Notes: generated by a model from the sequence alone, not told the origin. A DNA stretch of 64,000 bases from an uncultured virus (IMG/VR IMGVR_UViG_2823577039_000003) (IMGVR_UViG_2823577039_000003), one strand, 5' to 3'. Counted from the first letter of the stretch, positions 49,232 through 60,041 are shown. Numbers and translations: made by a program.

Positions 49232-49315
49232 TGCTGCCCCCAGTGGTGCGTCCAAGCCCACTGGAAGGTCAGTCTTTCCCCTGAGTTGCGAAGCATCTCA
49301 CCGACCAAGGCAGCA
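49232..49315 (-). ncRNA. Candidate ~84-nt three-way-junction small RNA with its own promoter
   Basis: Stems UGCUGCC/GGCAGCA, GGUCGGU/ACUGACC, CCAGUGG/CCACUGG; TATAAATAGG at 49344-49335 places the start at the base of the closing stem. Confidence 0.6.
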
Positions 49316-49339
49316 TACAGGAGTAGTGTAACCACCTAT

Positions 49340-49924
49340 TTATATCTTAGCAGTATAGTTGGGGTGAATCATTTGACCAATAGGGCCATCGTAAACTAAT
49401 TCATACAATTGTAATTTCTTACCAAACTTATCAGTCTGACCAGCATCATAACGGTCTACCCAACCTTTAGCAATCCATGGACGCATAGTAGAACCAATAA
49501 CACGAGCATTACCTTTAGTATCAAACTTATCCATAATTTTACCTAACTCTCCAGAAGTTAAAGGTCCACGTTGATCTAAAATACGAAGAATAATCCATTT
49601 CTTTTTAGCATGGCGACGAGAACCAATAAGTTCAAAATAACACTCACGACTACAAAAGCGAGAACGATTGCGTCCGCTGGCATCATTATAATGTAANTTA
49701 AAAGTATTACCNCACATATCACAACTTTGTTCAATAGGTGGNTATTTCATAGGATGGTTCTTATGATGTTTAGAATCAGACAAAGGAATCTTCTGATGTC
49801 CTTCAGTATAGAATCTATGACAGTATAAACTACAGTAATCATCTTCAGCAGTATCGCTACAACTATCAATAGGTTTACCACATTTACAATTTTTTCCAGT
49901 GGCAGATAGATGTTTTACAACCAT
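49340..49924 (-). CDS. Zinc-finger plus winged-helix transcription regulator
   Basis: YCSLYC, FCSREC, C-terminal ILRILDQRGPLTSGEL...KGWV. Confidence 0.65.
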   Translation of the reverse strand: MVVKHLSATGKNCKCGKPIDSCSDTAEDDYCSLYCHRFYTEGHQKIPLSDSKHHKNHPMKXPPIEQSCDMXGNTFXLHYNDASGRNRSRFCSRECYFELIGSRRHAKKKWIILRILDQRGPLTSGELGKIMDKFDTKGNARVIGSTMRPWIAKGWVDRYDAGQTDKFGKKLQLYELVYDGPIGQMIHPNYTAKI

Positions 49925-49990
49925 AATTAACACATCAGGGTAATACCTATATCTATGTAAGCGCAAAGTTATATATAGGTAATTTCAGTA

Positions 49991-50485
49991 ATGACTTGCA
50001 TGGACCCCGTAGTAACAAACGCTATTTGTGCCCTTGCAGGTGCAGCCGCCGGATACGCCGCCAATTGGTGGCAGAATAACAGAAAGAATGTCGTTAGTGA
50101 GATTTCAGACAAGGTAGGAGATTTAGTTGATGACCTTGAAGAACTGACTGGCGTAGATATCCCAGACTCACTGGAAGAACAAATTGATGGTGCAGTTGAA
50201 GATGTTATATCTAAAGTAGAAGATGCAGTAGAAGATGCTGCCGAGGCTGCTGAAGAAGCATTGGAATCTGGCGACCTTGAAGGGGCTGTTGAAGCCGTTA
50301 AGGAAAGTGTTGAGGATTCTGTGGCAGAAGCCAAAGAAGAACTTGATGTCGCCCTTGATGACCTTGAAGATCTTACTGTAGCCGGTCTACGAGAACGCCT
50401 CACCGAATTGGGACTACCAACCAAGGGTCGTAAGGCTGAATTGATTGAGCGNATTACAGAATACATTAAAAACAGAGGTGAATGA
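49991..50485 (+). CDS. Acidic membrane-anchored protein with C-terminal SAP domain
   Basis: LTVAGLRERLTELGLPTKGRKAELIE. Confidence 0.75.
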   Translation: MTCMDPVVTNAICALAGAAAGYAANWWQNNRKNVVSEISDKVGDLVDDLEELTGVDIPDSLEEQIDGAVEDVISKVEDAVEDAAEAAEEALESGDLEGAVEAVKESVEDSVAEAKEELDVALDDLEDLTVAGLRERLTELGLPTKGRKAELIEXITEYIKNRGE

Positions 50486-50664
50486 ATATGAATTGGAGAA
50501 AAATTGGCATAGTAGCATCCTTGGCATCAATCTTGGGAAGCATAGGCATCTACTTTGGTATGGGTGATGAATCACTCGGTATCTTTGTAGGTCTTTGGGC
50601 TTCTGCATTGTTGTTGCTTAGCGACCGTGCTGATGAAATGTTGAACAAAGAGTAAGGTGATACC

Positions 50665-51375
50665 GTGCTCGTATGGGCTATCATTGTTTACGATGAGATA
50701 GAGTATCTTCAAACCACTGTGAAACGTTTGCAGGAGTTAGAACGTCCTATCTATGTTATGTGTGATGTCAACAGCCCTGAAGCAGTTAAATCCTTCTTAC
50801 AAGAAGCCAACATTGAACATAGCGAATATGCTTTTGATGGCGACTATTCTAAAATGCGTAATGAATTAGATGATCGGGTTAGATTGTTAAATCAGTATCA
50901 ATGGATTTGTCAATTAGACGCTGATGAATTGCCTGCTGAGAATCTGGTCTTGGAAGTAGAAGATATACTTGCCGGGGCTGGAGTCACAAAAGTAAATGTG
51001 TGCAGGTTTAACTGTTATTCTGAACAACTTGATGAATTAGATGTCATGGCTATCTTTGACAGCGTTAAAACTGGTGAGATTTACCAAATGGAACGCTTAT
51101 GGAATGTAGAGCCTATTGAAATGTGTAAACGNTTGTATCGTTTAGATGCAGGCATTAAATGGCATGGTAGAATACATGAGTGGCCTGAAGCAGATGATGA
51201 CGAATGGGCTGACCTACCTATTGAGGCCGACTTTTGTTTATGGCATGAGAAAACTCAAGAACGCCAAGAAATGCAGAACGCTAAATACGAGGAATATGAA
51301 GAACACCGTGAACTGGCTGCTCAGATTGCTGAGCAAATGGCATGGAAACAATCTATCCGAGAATCTTTAGAATAG
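50665..51375 (+). CDS. GT-A (GT2-like) glycosyltransferase
   Basis: D.S..RN, W...LDADE, W.GRIHE. Confidence 0.75.
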   Translation: MLVWAIIVYDEIEYLQTTVKRLQELERPIYVMCDVNSPEAVKSFLQEANIEHSEYAFDGDYSKMRNELDDRVRLLNQYQWICQLDADELPAENLVLEVEDILAGAGVTKVNVCRFNCYSEQLDELDVMAIFDSVKTGEIYQMERLWNVEPIEMCKXLYRLDAGIKWHGRIHEWPEADDDEWADLPIEADFCLWHEKTQERQEMQNAKYEEYEEHRELAAQIAEQMAWKQSIRESLE

Positions 51376-52001
51376 TTTAGTCTGCAACGGATCTTCATCA
51401 GGTTCGGGTTCAACAATAATAGGTTCTTCATCCTCTTGTAGCCTTCCTTTGGCTCTCCGAAGGTCATTTTCGGTTTTGTGTTGGCGACGAATAGATTCAA
51501 TATGTTCTTCTTCCTCAGCATTCCATCTATCAAAGAAACGAGAGATAGCCATGTAAGCAGGACCTGATAGGATACCTAATACAGCGATATAGGCTTCAAT
51601 GTCCTCTCTAACTTCGGGATTAACGAAAGCCGTAGTAATCAATTGATAAGATAATACCATGAACACTAAAATCAAAGGAAGCGAAACTAAGGCTACCATA
51701 ATGTTGTTAAATGTAACTCGTATATCCCAATCTATTCTACTCATACCTATCAATCCTCGTAATTGTCACAATACCAGTTGTTGGCACCAATGACTTCATA
51801 AATCCAATGTGTAGCGAAGCCTGCAATAAATGTGCCTATGTATGGCCATGCAGGGTGCTCTCGTTGTGCTTTCGGTAGTGGAAGGGCCATTAGAACGCTT
51901 CCTACGACTAACAGGCTGGCACCGACGACTACGGCTTCTTTTGTTACTAATACTGGGTCTCTCATTTTATCACCTATGGGTTTAATTCTCGGTCTAACCA
52001 T
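51367..52001 (-). CDS. Two small two-TM membrane proteins (51367..51753, 51750..52001)
   Basis: Hydrophobic hairpins; coupled start/stop codons. Confidence 0.6.
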
Positions 52002-54250
52002 TTTCGTTCCAGAACTTGTTGCACACCATCACCGTCAGTCCATGTGGCATACCAATAGAAATCATACATAGTAAGGTTGTCGTGAGTGAAGTTAGTTAGA
52101 GTCATATATCTAACATCGTCCTCGTATCCTTGAATATAGTGCACAGTTTGAGTCCAAATCAAAGGTTGTGTGCTGGAATTACTGGAGTTAACATCATAGA
52201 CTAAAAATTGCACGGTGACGTTATAGCCATCCAGATCGTTGGTTTCTTCACCACAGTCTAAATCATAGGCTACAGAAGCATGGGTGCTGTTGGTGCCGAT
52301 TTGAATATCAAATAGATTTATCTCACAGATTTCAGGCTCTGGCTCTACGACATCAATGCCCCAAAATAAAACCTGTTCTAATTGCTCATCATTCAAAGAA
52401 GCAGTAATTCTTGGTGTCCACGAATTGCCTACGGCAACCCCATCAAAGGTGTGAGAAACATCGGTGTATTCATCGTCACCGCTTATTTCAACCCAATGAC
52501 TGTAATTTGCAGCATATCCATTTTGGAATAGTTCAATATCTATTTCCACCATCTCATCTTCACAATTGCTCGGAACAACTCTAAAAGCAACTAAGATAGC
52601 ATCCTGTTCTGCATCTTCCGCTACATGNCCACGATAATGATTGTGGATTTCAGCATCACACGGTTCATCAGAATAAGATACAGTTATCCAATCAGTTTCC
52701 TCTTCAGCGATATCACAATATTGATCACAATCTTCGTTTTGATATAAAACTACATTAGCCTTCCAAACGGCATTTCCAACTTCTTCAAAAGTATAAGAAT
52801 AAACGTTACTACTCGCACTTACGCCCTGTTCATGCATCACAGAATCAATACCTGTATCTTCGGGTAATAACTCTATTTCAATATCCCAATTACTACAGTC
52901 AGTGCCTTCGTGCTGAGCGATGTAAAACATAACCGAAACGGAATTATCTACTACACTTATTTGTAAGTTGTCAATATCGGCATCACAAGGAACGGTGTCG
53001 GGAATCTCGTCTACGGTAACGAAGTTAGTCATGTCACAACAAGTTTCTTCTTCTCCTGTAATCCACCAGCGGAACTCTACTTTCCAATCACCATCTTCTA
53101 CATCACGCAGTAACTCGTTATCATCTTGATTAATGTTGAAGTAAGTCATACCCATGTCTTGAACATAATAATTATTGTTAGCAATAAAATAATCTTGATA
53201 CTGATCGTTTTTGTAAAGGGCTAATTGCATTTGAATGGGTGCACCACAATCATTGTTATCTTGGAACTCTACATAGAGATTTAAGTCATTTCCATTAGCA
53301 GATAGTTGTAATTCAGAAACAATAATATCATCATCGCACTCATCAGGTTCGTCAGGTTCACTTTCCATAGTGAGCAAAGTAGAAGGACCTTCCCAGAAGT
53401 TGGGTCCTTTATGATAAGAAATGCTAACACGATACTCTCCCTCGGGAACTTCATAGATATGATGGTCTACATAAAACTCGTCGTGGAACTTATCATTAAT
53501 TTGGTGCATATCATAGTTTTCGCCAGTTTCGTCGTTATCTACACTAACAATAAAATAGCCATCCATATGAGCGTTACAGCGACTCCAATCATTGAAATCT
53601 GTTCTCACCATAATATCATTATTATATCCTGCACCGTTGGCATCAAAATCTCTAATTTCTACTTGGTCCCAATTCCAGTTTTCTATACAATCTGGTGGTC
53701 CAGTTCCACCATTTCCGTTACTCCAGAAACACGAGCCATCATCATCAGTGGCATCAGGTTCATAGTTTTCAGCGTCCGGGGCTGTGCACCCCCACATTTC
53801 GTATTCATCATCTTCCCAACTGTTACCACTACCGTCGTCATCTAAGAAGAAGTCTAAACCTATTCCTCCAGTCAATAATAATAGGATAGGTGCAATAATA
53901 ACTGCAATTTTACGAATCTTCTCGGCTTTTCGCTCTACNGAAGCAATAGCCCGATCTACGATATCGCCTTCTAAAGTAGTTTCTACGGCTACTTCGGTTT
54001 TGTTTTGGCCTCCATTTAACACCGTATTGTCGGAAACCTGTTTATTTATATTTTGCACGGTGGCAATCAACTCTGCGGCTTCTTTAAGTTGTTCTACCAG
54101 CGAAGCATCTTTCTTTTCTTCGTTAGATAAATTAACGATACCGTCATCCAGTAAATCTTCTAAAACGGCTTCTTTAGTTCTACCTGTAGCCTCAGCAATA
54201 ATTTGTGCCTTTTCTTCTAATTCTTCTTGTTCATCAATTTCTTTACTCAA
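51974..54250 (-). CDS. Large acidic type-II membrane protein with repeated beta domains
   Basis: N-terminal EKA..IAEATGR....LLDDG..N.SN, TM, GCT.P.A.NY.P.A..DDGSC, repeated C..I units. Confidence 0.75.
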   Translation of the reverse strand: MSKEIDEQEELEEKAQIIAEATGRTKEAVLEDLLDDGIVNLSNEEKKDASLVEQLKEAAELIATVQNINKQVSDNTVLNGGQNKTEVAVETTLEGDIVDRAIAXVERKAEKIRKIAVIIAPILLLLTGGIGLDFFLDDDGSGNSWEDDEYEMWGCTAPDAENYEPDATDDDGSCFWSNGNGGTGPPDCIENWNWDQVEIRDFDANGAGYNNDIMVRTDFNDWSRCNAHMDGYFIVSVDNDETGENYDMHQINDKFHDEFYVDHHIYEVPEGEYRVSISYHKGPNFWEGPSTLLTMESEPDEPDECDDDIIVSELQLSANGNDLNLYVEFQDNNDCGAPIQMQLALYKNDQYQDYFIANNNYYVQDMGMTYFNINQDDNELLRDVEDGDWKVEFRWWITGEEETCCDMTNFVTVDEIPDTVPCDADIDNLQISVVDNSVSVMFYIAQHEGTDCSNWDIEIELLPEDTGIDSVMHEQGVSASSNVYSYTFEEVGNAVWKANVVLYQNEDCDQYCDIAEEETDWITVSYSDEPCDAEIHNHYRXHVAEDAEQDAILVAFRVVPSNCEDEMVEIDIELFQNGYAANYSHWVEISGDDEYTDVSHTFDGVAVGNSWTPRITASLNDEQLEQVLFWGIDVVEPEPEICEINLFDIQIGTNSTHASVAYDLDCGEETNDLDGYNVTVQFLVYDVNSSNSSTQPLIWTQTVHYIQGYEDDVRYMTLTNFTHDNLTMYDFYWYATWTDGDGVQQVLERKWLDRELNP

Positions 54251-55005
54251 TTTACCAGCCTCCCAGTAAACTCAACTTTGGCTTGTTCATAATCACTATA
54301 AGTCATACAAACAACGATATCCCATGTGCCACGGGGTAAATCTAAGACACTTAAATTAACTAACTCAGTAGCATCATGGTCAATAACGTAATCTATTTTG
54401 GCTTGATTCCAGATGTCAACTTGCTCTCTTGATCCGGATTCGTAAACAACTAATTTTATTTCTACTACTCGTTGTCCACAACCAAAGACTTCATCGGGGT
54501 CAATGGTAACAAATATATCTTCCCCATTGTCTCCAGATTGAGAAATAGTAGGATTGGACTCATCAAACTCCTCGGAATCGGTTTCATAAATTAAGAAATA
54601 ACAACCATCCCAGATAGCAGGATTTTCTAATAACTCAGATTCACAAGTTCCATCATCCCAGACAGCACGGTCATCGTAATTATCTGCCCAAGCATACATA
54701 CAACCGCCACGGCCTAAATCGTCCATGACATCTTCACCAATATCGTGAATATCAGCAATACCTAATGCATCTACACCAGCACCGCCACCTAAAACTATTA
54801 ACAAAGGCACCATACTGGCCAGAAGTTTACGAAAACGGTCTACCTTTTCTTGGGCTTGTTCTATTAAATCTCCTTTTTGATTAGACTCATTGAGAACTCC
54901 GTCATCAAGTAGATCTCCCATGACATCCTCTTCAGTTCTACCTGAAGCCTCAGCCAAGAGTTTAGCCTTCTCTGCTAACTCAGCAATATCACCATCCGCT
55001 GGCAT
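54247..55005 (-). CDS. Shorter paralog of 51974..54250
   Basis: EKAKLLAEASGR...LLDDGVLNESN, TM, GCM..ADNYD..A.WDDGTC. Confidence 0.75.
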   Translation of the reverse strand: MPADGDIAELAEKAKLLAEASGRTEEDVMGDLLDDGVLNESNQKGDLIEQAQEKVDRFRKLLASMVPLLIVLGGGAGVDALGIADIHDIGEDVMDDLGRGGCMYAWADNYDDRAVWDDGTCESELLENPAIWDGCYFLIYETDSEEFDESNPTISQSGDNGEDIFVTIDPDEVFGCGQRVVEIKLVVYESGSREQVDIWNQAKIDYVIDHDATELVNLSVLDLPRGTWDIVVCMTYSDYEQAKVEFTGRLVN

Positions 55006-55077
55006 AGTATATATTTAACCTTTCCGACTATATGTAATTTACTAAAGTTCAAATAGTAGAGCACACAAAAATAAAAT

Positions 55078-55545
55078 ATGTTGACTGATGTGGTAGGCAC
55101 AGTATTCCTGATTACAGGGTTTGCTATTTTGCCTCAAGATTTATCTCGCATGACTTTATATACTGTGGCTATTGGTAGTATATTGGGAATACTAATGAGT
55201 GGACGACGTGGACCAAACCGAGTAGATATTATTTTAGAAGAGAACAATCTTCGGAGAGTAAAAGCCAAAGACTTGCAGAAAACTAAAATGAAGATTCGTG
55301 ATATAACTAAATATGGTGATATCTTGGGATTCGATCTGGTCTCTGGTGCNGACGAAGGACACACTTACAAGTGGGTAGACCGCTACGGTGGTCCCAGTGT
55401 GCTCACTTCTACACATGACCCTCAGAAAAAAGCATGGCTACTTTACAAAGATTTGGCTGAAAAAGGTAAATATGGTCTCAGCCGTGGAGACTTATATCAA
55501 ATCGTGCATTGGCAAAAGCGAATCAAGCAAAAATATACCGAATGA
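55078..55545 (+). CDS. Membrane-anchored hypothetical protein
   Basis: Two N-terminal TMs; promoter 22 nt upstream. Confidence 0.55.
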   Translation: MLTDVVGTVFLITGFAILPQDLSRMTLYTVAIGSILGILMSGRRGPNRVDIILEENNLRRVKAKDLQKTKMKIRDITKYGDILGFDLVSGXDEGHTYKWVDRYGGPSVLTSTHDPQKKAWLLYKDLAEKGKYGLSRGDLYQIVHWQKRIKQKYTE

Positions 55546-55574
55546 ATAAATAGGTAGTCGCAACCAGTAGACAC

Positions 55575-58500
55575 ATGGTAGCCAAGCGTATATCTTTAGA
55601 AGATTACAGTAGTCGTTTAACTACCGAGTGTAACCGAGTCTATGATATAGTTAAAGTTGCTAAAAGCCGGGGTCTGGACCCTAAATTAGATATTGAGATT
55701 CCACAAGCCATTGACTTGAGTGAACGAACTCAAAAGTTGTTAAAGTTTCTACACGATCGCAATACTGCTCAACAGATTAGAGAATTGACTAAAGTGCACG
55801 ACGAAAACCGTGAATTAGTGGCTCTGGACATCGCTCGTATTGTGTGCGCTGAATCATATTTATATGGAATTAAAGAAACTTGTCCTACTTGTGGTGGCAA
55901 AGGAACTATTCCTCGGGGTCGTGGCTTTGAGATTTCTTGTGATGATTGCGGAGGCAGTGGCTACAACTTAGGCTATGGAAAAGAAGTATTCCAAGATTAT
56001 AAAATTACNTTAGAAGCCTATGAACGCCATTTGGCTAATCAAACCGAGCAACAGCGTGACGATGTGGCTGCCGCTATGTGTATTTATCAGGGTATCTGTG
56101 CAGGTTTGGCTGTGCTAACTGAAGGTATTCTGGTAGCCCCACTGGAAGGTGTGGTGTCTTGTCGTATTGTTTCTAACGCTGACGGAACTAAATGTCTGGG
56201 TGTAAACTTTGCAGGTCCAATTCGTTCTGCTGGTGGAACAGGTCAGGCTCTCAGTGTGCTGATTGCCGATATGCTACGCCGTGATTTCAAGTTAGGTGTT
56301 CCCGATCTTACTTTTGGAGAAGTGGAACGCTATAAAGAAGAAGTGATGTTGTATCGTGGTTTACAGTATCGTCCCAGCAACCCAGAATTAGAAATTATCG
56401 CTAAATCCTGTCCTATATTTATTGATGGTGAGGGCGTAGGAAAAGAAGTTACTGGACAACGTGATCTNCCCCGAGTCAGAGATAATAAAGTTAGAGAAGG
56501 TTGTTTATTGGTTATGTGTGAAGGACTGGTGCTGAAAGCCCCTAAGATTCTGAAGTATGTTACTCAATTAGAATTAGATGGTTGGGATTGGTTAAACCAG
56601 TTTTTGAAAACCAAGAGTAGCGATGGAACAATTAAACCTAATCCTAAATACATGGCTGAAGTGTTAGCCGGTCGTCCTATTTTCTCTATGCCTATGGCTG
56701 AAGGAGGCTTCCGACTCCGTTATGGTCGCAGCCGTTTAGCAGGATTGGCTACTACTGCTTGTCATCCCGCTACTATGATGGCTACCAGTGGTTTCGTGTC
56801 TATCGGGACTCAACTAAAGTATGAACGTCCGGGGAAGGGAACTGTGGTTACACCTTGCGATACTATTGATGGACCTTATATTGAGTTTGAAGATGGTAGT
56901 GGTCGTCGGATCCAAAATTACGAAGATTTAGAATTAATTTTACCTAACGAAGTAGGNTATCCTGTGAAAACCGTGTGGGATATTGGTGAATTATTAGTTC
57001 CCGTAGGTGAGTTTTTAGAAAACAACCATCCGTTATTGCCTTCACCCTATGTAGAAGAATGGCATGAAGTAGAATTAAAAAACCGGGGTATGGCTTTACC
57101 AAATACATTTATGGAAGCCGTGGAACAATGCAAGATTTACNAAGTGCCCTTACATCCACGCTGGGTGCCGAGAGGATTAACTGATGTTTCAGCCCAAGAA
57201 ATGTGGGACTTTATGAAAAATTGTAGTGTTAGCCTGTGTGGTCACAAAGTAGAAGTTAAGCCCCAATATCGTAGCATAGCCTACAGAGTAGGTATAGATA
57301 TAACTGCTGATGGTGAACTATATGGTGACATGGCTCAAATCGTTCTCAATAATTTATTAAAAATTGGTCTGAGAATTAATTTAGAAGGAACAGCCTTAGA
57401 TTTCCTTAATCTCATAGCAGATTACGAAATCCGGCCTCGGACAACTTATCGTATCGGTGCTCGCATGGGTAAACCAGAGGCCAGTAAGATGCGAGATATG
57501 AAACCCAGTAAAGCCCATGGTTTATTTCCTATCGGAGATTTAGGTGGGGTGCAAAAACTAATTAACAATGCCATAGAAAAAGAAGGCAAGGTTGGTGTTT
57601 CCAAGCGTTTCTGTGGGGTCTGTGAGTCTGAAACTCATCTGGCTGTCTGTTGCGGCGTAGAAACCCGTTTTCACGAGAAAACATGGCGAGAAATGCCTTT
57701 NAAAAAGATGTGGGATGATGCTTTAGAGCGATGTGAGATCACTACTCCTCCTAAAGTAAAGGGTGTTAAGAATGTTCGTAATGCTGAAGCCTTGATTGAA
57801 CCTATTGAAAAAGCAGTGCTTAGAGCAAAACATGGGGTATCTGTGTTCCGTGACGGAACTATTCGGTTTGATATGGTAGATATCACAATGACTCATTTTA
57901 GACCTCGTGAGGTTGGAATGAGTCTGGAACAGGCTCATGAGTTGGGCTATCTCGTGGATTCAATAGACGAAGTAGTAGAGATATTTCCACAAGATGTGGT
58001 NATTCCTGAAAATTGTGTAGAGGATATAATTAGTGTCTGTCAGTTTACTGATGATGAATTAAAATATATTTATGATTTAGAACCATATTACAATGTCAAA
58101 GAAGGCAAGGATCTGATTGGTCAATTGATTATGGGTATTGCCCCACACACTTCAGGTGCTATCTTGGGTCGTATCATTGGGTTTACCAGTGTCAAAGGAC
58201 ATTACGGTCACCCATTCTATCATGCTGCTAAGCGTCGTAACTGTGATGGTGATATTGATGCTATTATTATGCTCACCGAAGGTGTGCTCAACTTTAGTCG
58301 TCAGTTCCTACCTCGTAGTCGGGGTGGTCAGATGGATGCACCATTGATTTTAACTATGGGTATCAACCCTAATGAAATTGATAAAGAAGCCCTCAACGTT
58401 GAGACTTGTGATAGTTATCCAGTAGATTTTTATGAAGTAACTCAGGGTCACAAGACAGAAGATGGTTGGAAACCTGCTGGACCTAAAGACGCTACTGCAT

Positions 58501-59072
58501 GGGTAGAAACTGTAGAAGCCCGTTTAGGAACTGCTGGCGAATCTGAAGGTTTTGGATTTACTCACGATACTACTGACTGTAATCATGGTCCTGCATGGAA
58601 CCCATATAATGATAAAGAACACGTTTTGAGTATGCGACAGAAAACTATGGCTCAATTCGCTTTGGGTGAGGTTTTACATTCCGTAGACAATCAAAGGCAG
58701 AGTGCTAAACTTATTGATACTCACTTGATTCGTGATATGCGAGGTAATCTCAGGGCTTTCGGTCAGCAAAAGGTTCGTTGCACTAAATGTGGGGCATCTT
58801 ATCGTCGTGTGCCTATCAGTGGTAAATGTATGACTGTTACTGGCAAGAAACAAGATCCGTTTACAGGTGAAATGGTGGAAATCCAATGTCCCGGCAAGCC
58901 TATTATGACTGTGCACTATGGTTCTGTAAATAAATATAATGAACTCATGCGAGATATTATTGATAGATATGGCTGTGATGAATATATTACACAACTTTAT
59001 CAACACGTTAGTATGTGGGTAGACCAAACCTTTGATGACAAAAGTGTGGGCAAACAACAACGATTATTTTGA
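55575..59072 (+). CDS. polC: DNA polymerase D large subunit DP2
   Basis: [57 protein letters not shown]-terminal Zn finger and Qxx(L)F. Confidence 0.96.
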   Translation: MVAKRISLEDYSSRLTTECNRVYDIVKVAKSRGLDPKLDIEIPQAIDLSERTQKLLKFLHDRNTAQQIRELTKVHDENRELVALDIARIVCAESYLYGIKETCPTCGGKGTIPRGRGFEISCDDCGGSGYNLGYGKEVFQDYKIXLEAYERHLANQTEQQRDDVAAAMCIYQGICAGLAVLTEGILVAPLEGVVSCRIVSNADGTKCLGVNFAGPIRSAGGTGQALSVLIADMLRRDFKLGVPDLTFGEVERYKEEVMLYRGLQYRPSNPELEIIAKSCPIFIDGEGVGKEVTGQRDXPRVRDNKVREGCLLVMCEGLVLKAPKILKYVTQLELDGWDWLNQFLKTKSSDGTIKPNPKYMAEVLAGRPIFSMPMAEGGFRLRYGRSRLAGLATTACHPATMMATSGFVSIGTQLKYERPGKGTVVTPCDTIDGPYIEFEDGSGRRIQNYEDLELILPNEVXYPVKTVWDIGELLVPVGEFLENNHPLLPSPYVEEWHEVELKNRGMALPNTFMEAVEQCKIYXVPLHPRWVPRGLTDVSAQEMWDFMKNCSVSLCGHKVEVKPQYRSIAYRVGIDITADGELYGDMAQIVLNNLLKIGLRINLEGTALDFLNLIADYEIRPRTTYRIGARMGKPEASKMRDMKPSKAHGLFPIGDLGGVQKLINNAIEKEGKVGVSKRFCGVCESETHLAVCCGVETRFHEKTWREMPXKKMWDDALERCEITTPPKVKGVKNVRNAEALIEPIEKAVLRAKHGVSVFRDGTIRFDMVDITMTHFRPREVGMSLEQAHELGYLVDSIDEVVEIFPQDVXIPENCVEDIISVCQFTDDELKYIYDLEPYYNVKEGKDLIGQLIMGIAPHTSGAILGRIIGFTSVKGHYGHPFYHAAKRRNCDGDIDAIIMLTEGVLNFSRQFLPRSRGGQMDAPLILTMGINPNEIDKEALNVETCDSYPVDFYEVTQGHKTEDGWKPAGPKDATAWVETVEARLGTAGESEGFGFTHDTTDCNHGPAWNPYNDKEHVLSMRQKTMAQFALGEVLHSVDNQRQSAKLIDTHLIRDMRGNLRAFGQQKVRCTKCGASYRRVPISGKCMTVTGKKQDPFTGEMVEIQCPGKPIMTVHYGSVNKYNELMRDIIDRYGCDEYITQLYQHVSMWVDQTFDDKSVGKQQRLF

Positions 59073-59080
59073 GGGATAAA

Positions 59081-59671
59081 ATGAGGATACATACAGTAGG
59101 AGATAGTCATTCGCATTGTGGTTGGCCTGCGTTTGTAACTCCACATCATTTAGGTGCTATGTTATGTTATTCCTTTGGTAAAGAGAAATTAGATAGATGT
59201 GATCTGCGAGAGTTAGACATTGTAGACGGTGATACAGTTATTTTTTGTTTTGGTGAGATTGATTGTCGCTGTCATATTCATAAACATATTACTGCAGACC
59301 GGGGTTATGAATCTATTATTGATGAGTTGGTAACAAACTATTTGGAAGCCATTAAAATAAATATAATTACTTCTGGACTTAAACTTTACAAAATTGGGGT
59401 CTTTAATGTAGTTCCTCCCAACAATGGCGGAACTAAAAATCATGATTGGAGTGGTGTAANCTACCCAGAAGAACAACGAAAACGTTTTGTAGAATACTTT
59501 AATCAACAGTTAAAGTTGAAATGCGAAGAGTATGGATACTGGTTCGTAGATATTTATGATAAATATACTGATGATAAAGGTTGGTTAGATACCAACTTAA
59601 GTGATGGTCATATGCATATTAGAGCCATGTGGCCCTTGGTAGAATATCTAAGAGAACAATTAAGCGAATGA
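59081..59671 (+). CDS. SGNH/GDSL-like hydrolase
   Basis: VGDSH, FGEIDCR, D..H near the C-terminus. Confidence 0.65.
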   Translation: MRIHTVGDSHSHCGWPAFVTPHHLGAMLCYSFGKEKLDRCDLRELDIVDGDTVIFCFGEIDCRCHIHKHITADRGYESIIDELVTNYLEAIKINIITSGLKLYKIGVFNVVPPNNGGTKNHDWSGVXYPEEQRKRFVEYFNQQLKLKCEEYGYWFVDIYDKYTDDKGWLDTNLSDGHMHIRAMWPLVEYLREQLSE

Positions 59672-60040
59672 TTCGCCACATCCACAGGCAGAAGTAGCAT
59701 TAGGATTAACGATCTTAAATCCACCGCCCATAAGTTTATCTTCATAATCAATTTCAATGCCGTTGAGTAAATGGCTGGCGGCGTTAGGAACTAAGATTCG
59801 GAAACCAGACACCAATAATTCTTGACAATCTGGTTCTACGCCCTCTACGATAGCCAAATCATACATATATCCTGAACACCCTCCTGATAATACACCTACT
59901 AACAAAGCCGTATCGTGGTCGTCGCCAAAGGCTTCTGTCAACACAGTTTGGGCACGTTCTGTAATAGTAAGTTCTACTGTCACCACTTCGGGTTGTTGTA
60001 AACTTATGGGACTGGCACTATCGCAACTTCCACAATCCAT
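59660..60040 (-). CDS. iscA: A-type Fe-S cluster assembly protein (HesB/IscA)
   Basis: TITERA, GGCSG..Y, IDY, NPNA...CGCGESF. Confidence 0.9.
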   Translation of the reverse strand: MDCGSCDSASPISLQQPEVVTVELTITERAQTVLTEAFGDDHDTALLVGVLSGGCSGYMYDLAIVEGVEPDCQELLVSGFRILVPNAASHLLNGIEIDYEDKLMGGGFKIVNPNATSACGCGESFA

Positions 60041-60041
60041 A

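Noticed and set aside
49232..49315. tRNA or 5S rRNA
   Set aside because: No cloverleaf, T-loop or anticodon arm; too short for 5S and lacks its motifs
49969..50466. Ser-rich minus-strand ORF; likewise 7760..8410, 3193..3582 and 53784..54269
   Set aside because: Antisense shadows of well-supported genes
55575..59072. Intein in DP2
   Set aside because: Length is normal, the [11 protein letters not shown] region is uninterrupted and no splicing motifs were seen
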